64,000 bases of DNA, taken from Haplodiscus bocki (lineage: Eukaryota). Of the stretch, positions 60,900-64,000 are shown piece by piece (position 1 is the stretch's first letter; every line of letters starts with the position of its first letter). Made by a program: the position numbers and the translations under genes. Location: the NCBI GenBank assembly GCA_965655095.1, contig OZ296648.1:54622001-54686000 (forward strand), read 5' to 3'. Under the pieces are notes generated by a model. That model saw only the letters and a program-made list of their open reading frames with translations, was not told where the DNA came from and made no database searches.

Positions 60900-63732
60900 T
60901 CAAGTTCTGAAGGTATGCACGGCTCTAACAACATACTGTCTACATACAGGGCATTCTGATAACTGTTTACCACAAACCACGCAAGACACCATGTGGCCGC
61001 ATTCAAGGAGAACGCAATTAATAGGAGCATCCATGCAAATTCTACAAGAATCTTCTCCAGGTAGCAAACCATCTTCATCCAAATCTTTCTGCTTGGCTGT
61101 TTTTCGTTGACCTATTTCTTGTCTCCACAGCATCTTTGCCTTCTGAACTAGCTCCTCTTTCTCGCAAAGACCTTTGATAATGACAAAATTGTTGACTAGA
61201 ATTTCTTTCAACTCCCTCACGGTGAGCTTATCGATATCATCTTCGTTTTCAATCGACCGAAGTTGCTTTCGCTCACGTGGTGCTTCTGCAGGTGGATCTG
61301 TTTCGTTCTGTAATGATAATCCACTTAATTACTAATCAGTTGTAACTTGGATAAATTGATTTAATGAGTGCAAAGCATACTTGTGATGAGCCAATGTTGA
61401 ATTGATCTGAAGTTGAATTGTCACTCCTGTTAGGAGATGGATCCGGTCTAGCTTCAGTATTAGGTGACGGGCTGTTTGAATTCACCACGTCGTCCCCAGG
61501 CGCCAACCTCTGTAAAGAAGACTGGTTTGAAACCTCCGGTAATATTTGTACTACATAAAACTAATATCGCCGTGTTATTTTAGTTTGTATAAAAAGACAA
61601 TCAAGAAACTCATCAAAAACAGACGCTCGATTGAACAAAATGCAACACAATTTGCCACATGGTAATCAAAAGCTTCTTAGCGCGTTGTTAGGGGTTTTAT
61701 GTATGTTTATTTCTTTTCAATAATATAGTTTTCAGGTACTTGCTCAAAAAACTGGTCACACTGGCACCCATATTTAAAAATGTGGTCCCCTGGCCGTTCT
61801 CACCCAGATAACGAGACCACAGCCGTTTTTTGGAAAACACACTTTTGAACAAGTAACTATTCATTTCAAGCGAACAAACTCCTTTCATTCGGACATTTTT
61901 TAGACGGCGCTTTTCGTAAAAAAGCGCGCCACTATATATCGTCGTCGTCGTGTCCGCATGATGGTGTCTTCAACCTCCCGTGCTAGTTTGATGGCATTTT
62001 TGGAGGCTTGCCACAGTTGACTTTCTGTCGCATTCGTCTTTTGTGGGCATCACGTAAGATGAGACATTGTTTCAAGTTCTCCGCATGTGCAGTGGGGGTC
62101 GTCTTTTGCACTCCACTTGAAAAGGAAACTGCGATACTTTTCTGCTTTGGCTCGAAGTCAATTTAAACTCATCCATGTTTTCCACGGAAGGTTCCCGCCC
62201 GGTGGGAGTCTCCTTCAGCTTGGTATACATGTTCCCACCTAAGAGCATTCAGGAGTCTCCATTTCTTGATCTCGAAGCCGTCTACGTTCTCGAGTGCTCC
62301 GTGGGTGTTCGAGAAGCTTTGCCCAAACTTCAGTCTCCTCGCCGTTGTGCTCTGCCCGAAAAAGGGGTGTCTTTCATCATTTTCTTCCATTTTTCCTTCC
62401 GCGTGCAAGCTTCCCTTCGAATTTGTGGGGGACTGATGCCTGCCAATGTGTAAAACTTGCTCCCTTTCGCCGACTTAATGCATCCAGTCACGTTTCGGAA
62501 AGTCTTATTCAAGGCTTTGTCCACTTTCTGTCAGTGACTCGATCGGAACCAGACTGGGCAGGCTTATTCTGCTCTAGAAAAGCTGTGGTCCGGAGAACGG
62601 TTGGGTTTGCTCCCAACGAAGCTGATATCAGCTTCCACAGAGATAAATCCGTGCAGATACTTCCAATTGGGTGTAGTTGCAGTGATCTTTAAATGTTAGC
62701 GTCTTCCTCTCAAGGGTTACCCCCACGTTTATCGGGTTTGGTGAATGCTTCAAAGTGGTTCTATTCCAACTTATTTTCATTTGCGTGTGTGCCAGTATAT
62801 TTCAGATGGAAGAAACACTTCTCCGTTTTCGACAGATTGGGCCTGAGATCGTTAGTTCTATAGTATTTCGTAAGATCTTCCCATTATAAATAACTTTGTA
62901 AGACTCACGGCTAAAAGTTACTTTTTTTTAGTTTCAGCAAAATATTTGACAGGCACAAACGCTGGAAAGGAGGCGTATGTTGAATATATTGAAGGAAAAA
63001 TTACTATTTGCATTTTTTTGTGATACCCTGCCGAAAGTTCTGACAGTTGAAAAACCCAAAAACGTCGTGTTAAGATACTCCCTCAGCATTTACCAATTAT
63101 CACAAGCGAAATGTTTTGTGCTACCCCTGTTGTTTCGACAAAGATGCAAACTATATATTAATTGAAAAAAAATCGTGATACAATATACATCTGCCAAAAG
63201 ATCACGTAGTTTTTCGTGATACCCACCCCCTTGCATATTCCGAGCCTTCAAGGCAGCGCCAGAAGAGCTGAGTAAAACACAACTAACTTCGTTAGCATGG
63301 CGCGGACGTTCCTCGTTGATATTTAAGTCATCCATGAGTAGAGTGATTGTTGGGACTGTTGCCAGTAGATCGACCACTTCGGCTTTGGTTAGACAGCCTC
63401 GTGTATTGTTGATGCCTTTTGCTCTTACATGTCGCATCAAGTCACGAACTTTTAGCCTCATGAGTTGACTTCTGCAGAAAAACTTTGATTGAGGAGAGTA
63501 CAAAACAGGTGGATACAAATGTTTAAATCTCATCACAAACGTGAACTTTGATAAAGAACTTTGATAAAAAGTAGCATTAGACGATTCATGGTTACCTGAG
63601 CAAAACGGGTCCCAGAAAGACAAAACATGCTTGACACATTGTGCTGGACGTTAAGGCATTTGAAGCTCCAGTTGACTCAACTGGTATTAGGCACGCCTCG
63701 CAGAAGAGCAGCAGGCATTTCTCACACCTCCA
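60900..63732 (-). CDS. RNF34: RNF34/RFFL (CARP) FYVE-like/SAP/RING E3 ubiquitin ligase, 3' exons; 5' end right of the window
   Basis: Exons 63732-63596 (CEKC..FCEAC..CQAC), 63471-63288 (QLMRLKVRDL), 61509-61381, 61307-60900 (LTVRELKEILVNNFV; CRICMDAPINCVLLECGHMVSCVVCGKQLSECPVCRQYVVRAVHTFRT*). Phases match. Confidence 0.92.
61939..62880 (-). mobile_element. 5'-truncated Ingi/Vingi-like (I-group) LINE fragment in an RNF34 intron
   Basis: Relic motifs LRPNLSKT..FHL, GVTLER, AE*ACPVWFRSSH..VDKALN..RNVTGCIK, LAGISPPQIRR, CGELETMSHL; (CGA)n 3' tail. Confidence 0.75.
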
Positions 63733-63861
63733 CTGAAACACCAGACTCGGACTACATCTCAGAAAAAAATATATCAACTAAGTTGGAAGAAAACTATAGA
63801 AAATTGAAGAGAAATCTTTGAGAGGCTAAACATACCAGCCGTCGCGCAATTTTCTATATCA

Positions 63862-64000
63862 ATTACAAAAACAACCCATTACATAATATTAATGCCAGAA
63901 AACCTCGTACAGCATGATTACACATTACAAAAGCAACCCATTACATAATATTATTGCCGGAAAACCTCGTACAGCATGATTACGCATTACAAAAGCAACC
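63862..64000. repeat. 62-bp minisatellite in an RNF34 intron, runs off the window
   Basis: attacaaaa(a/g)caacc unit starts at 63862, 63924 and 63986; the first two units are complete. Confidence 0.95.

Overview
Repeat-rich, AT-rich metazoan (invertebrate) genomic DNA with spliceosomal GT-AG introns. The repeat style is reminiscent of acoel worms, which is an unverified impression. I could assemble five host gene types, all on the minus strand: TMEM87-like (5' exons, 12-kb intron), TPMT-like methyltransferase, SEC22, nucleobindin (NUCB) and RNF34/RFFL (3' exons). The dominant structure is a recent head-to-tail duplication (copy A 30163-42397, copy B 42399-57024) carrying NUCB, SEC22 and the 5' part of TPMT. 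Copy A lacks 2.38 kb present in B. In copy B, SEC22 has lost the R-SNARE zero-layer Arg, NUCB has lost the first Asp of EF-hand 1, and TPMT has no terminal exon of its own. The rest is mobile DNA: hAT MITEs with 8-bp TSDs, a fold-back MITE, a decayed CR1/L2-group LINE, a Vingi/Ingi-like LINE fragment and an LTR with an env-like 3' remnant. There are also several tandem arrays and an unclassified element (9.25-10.7 kb) with a dense promoter cassette and six CAAGW-loop hairpins. All calls are from reading the sequence; no searches were run.
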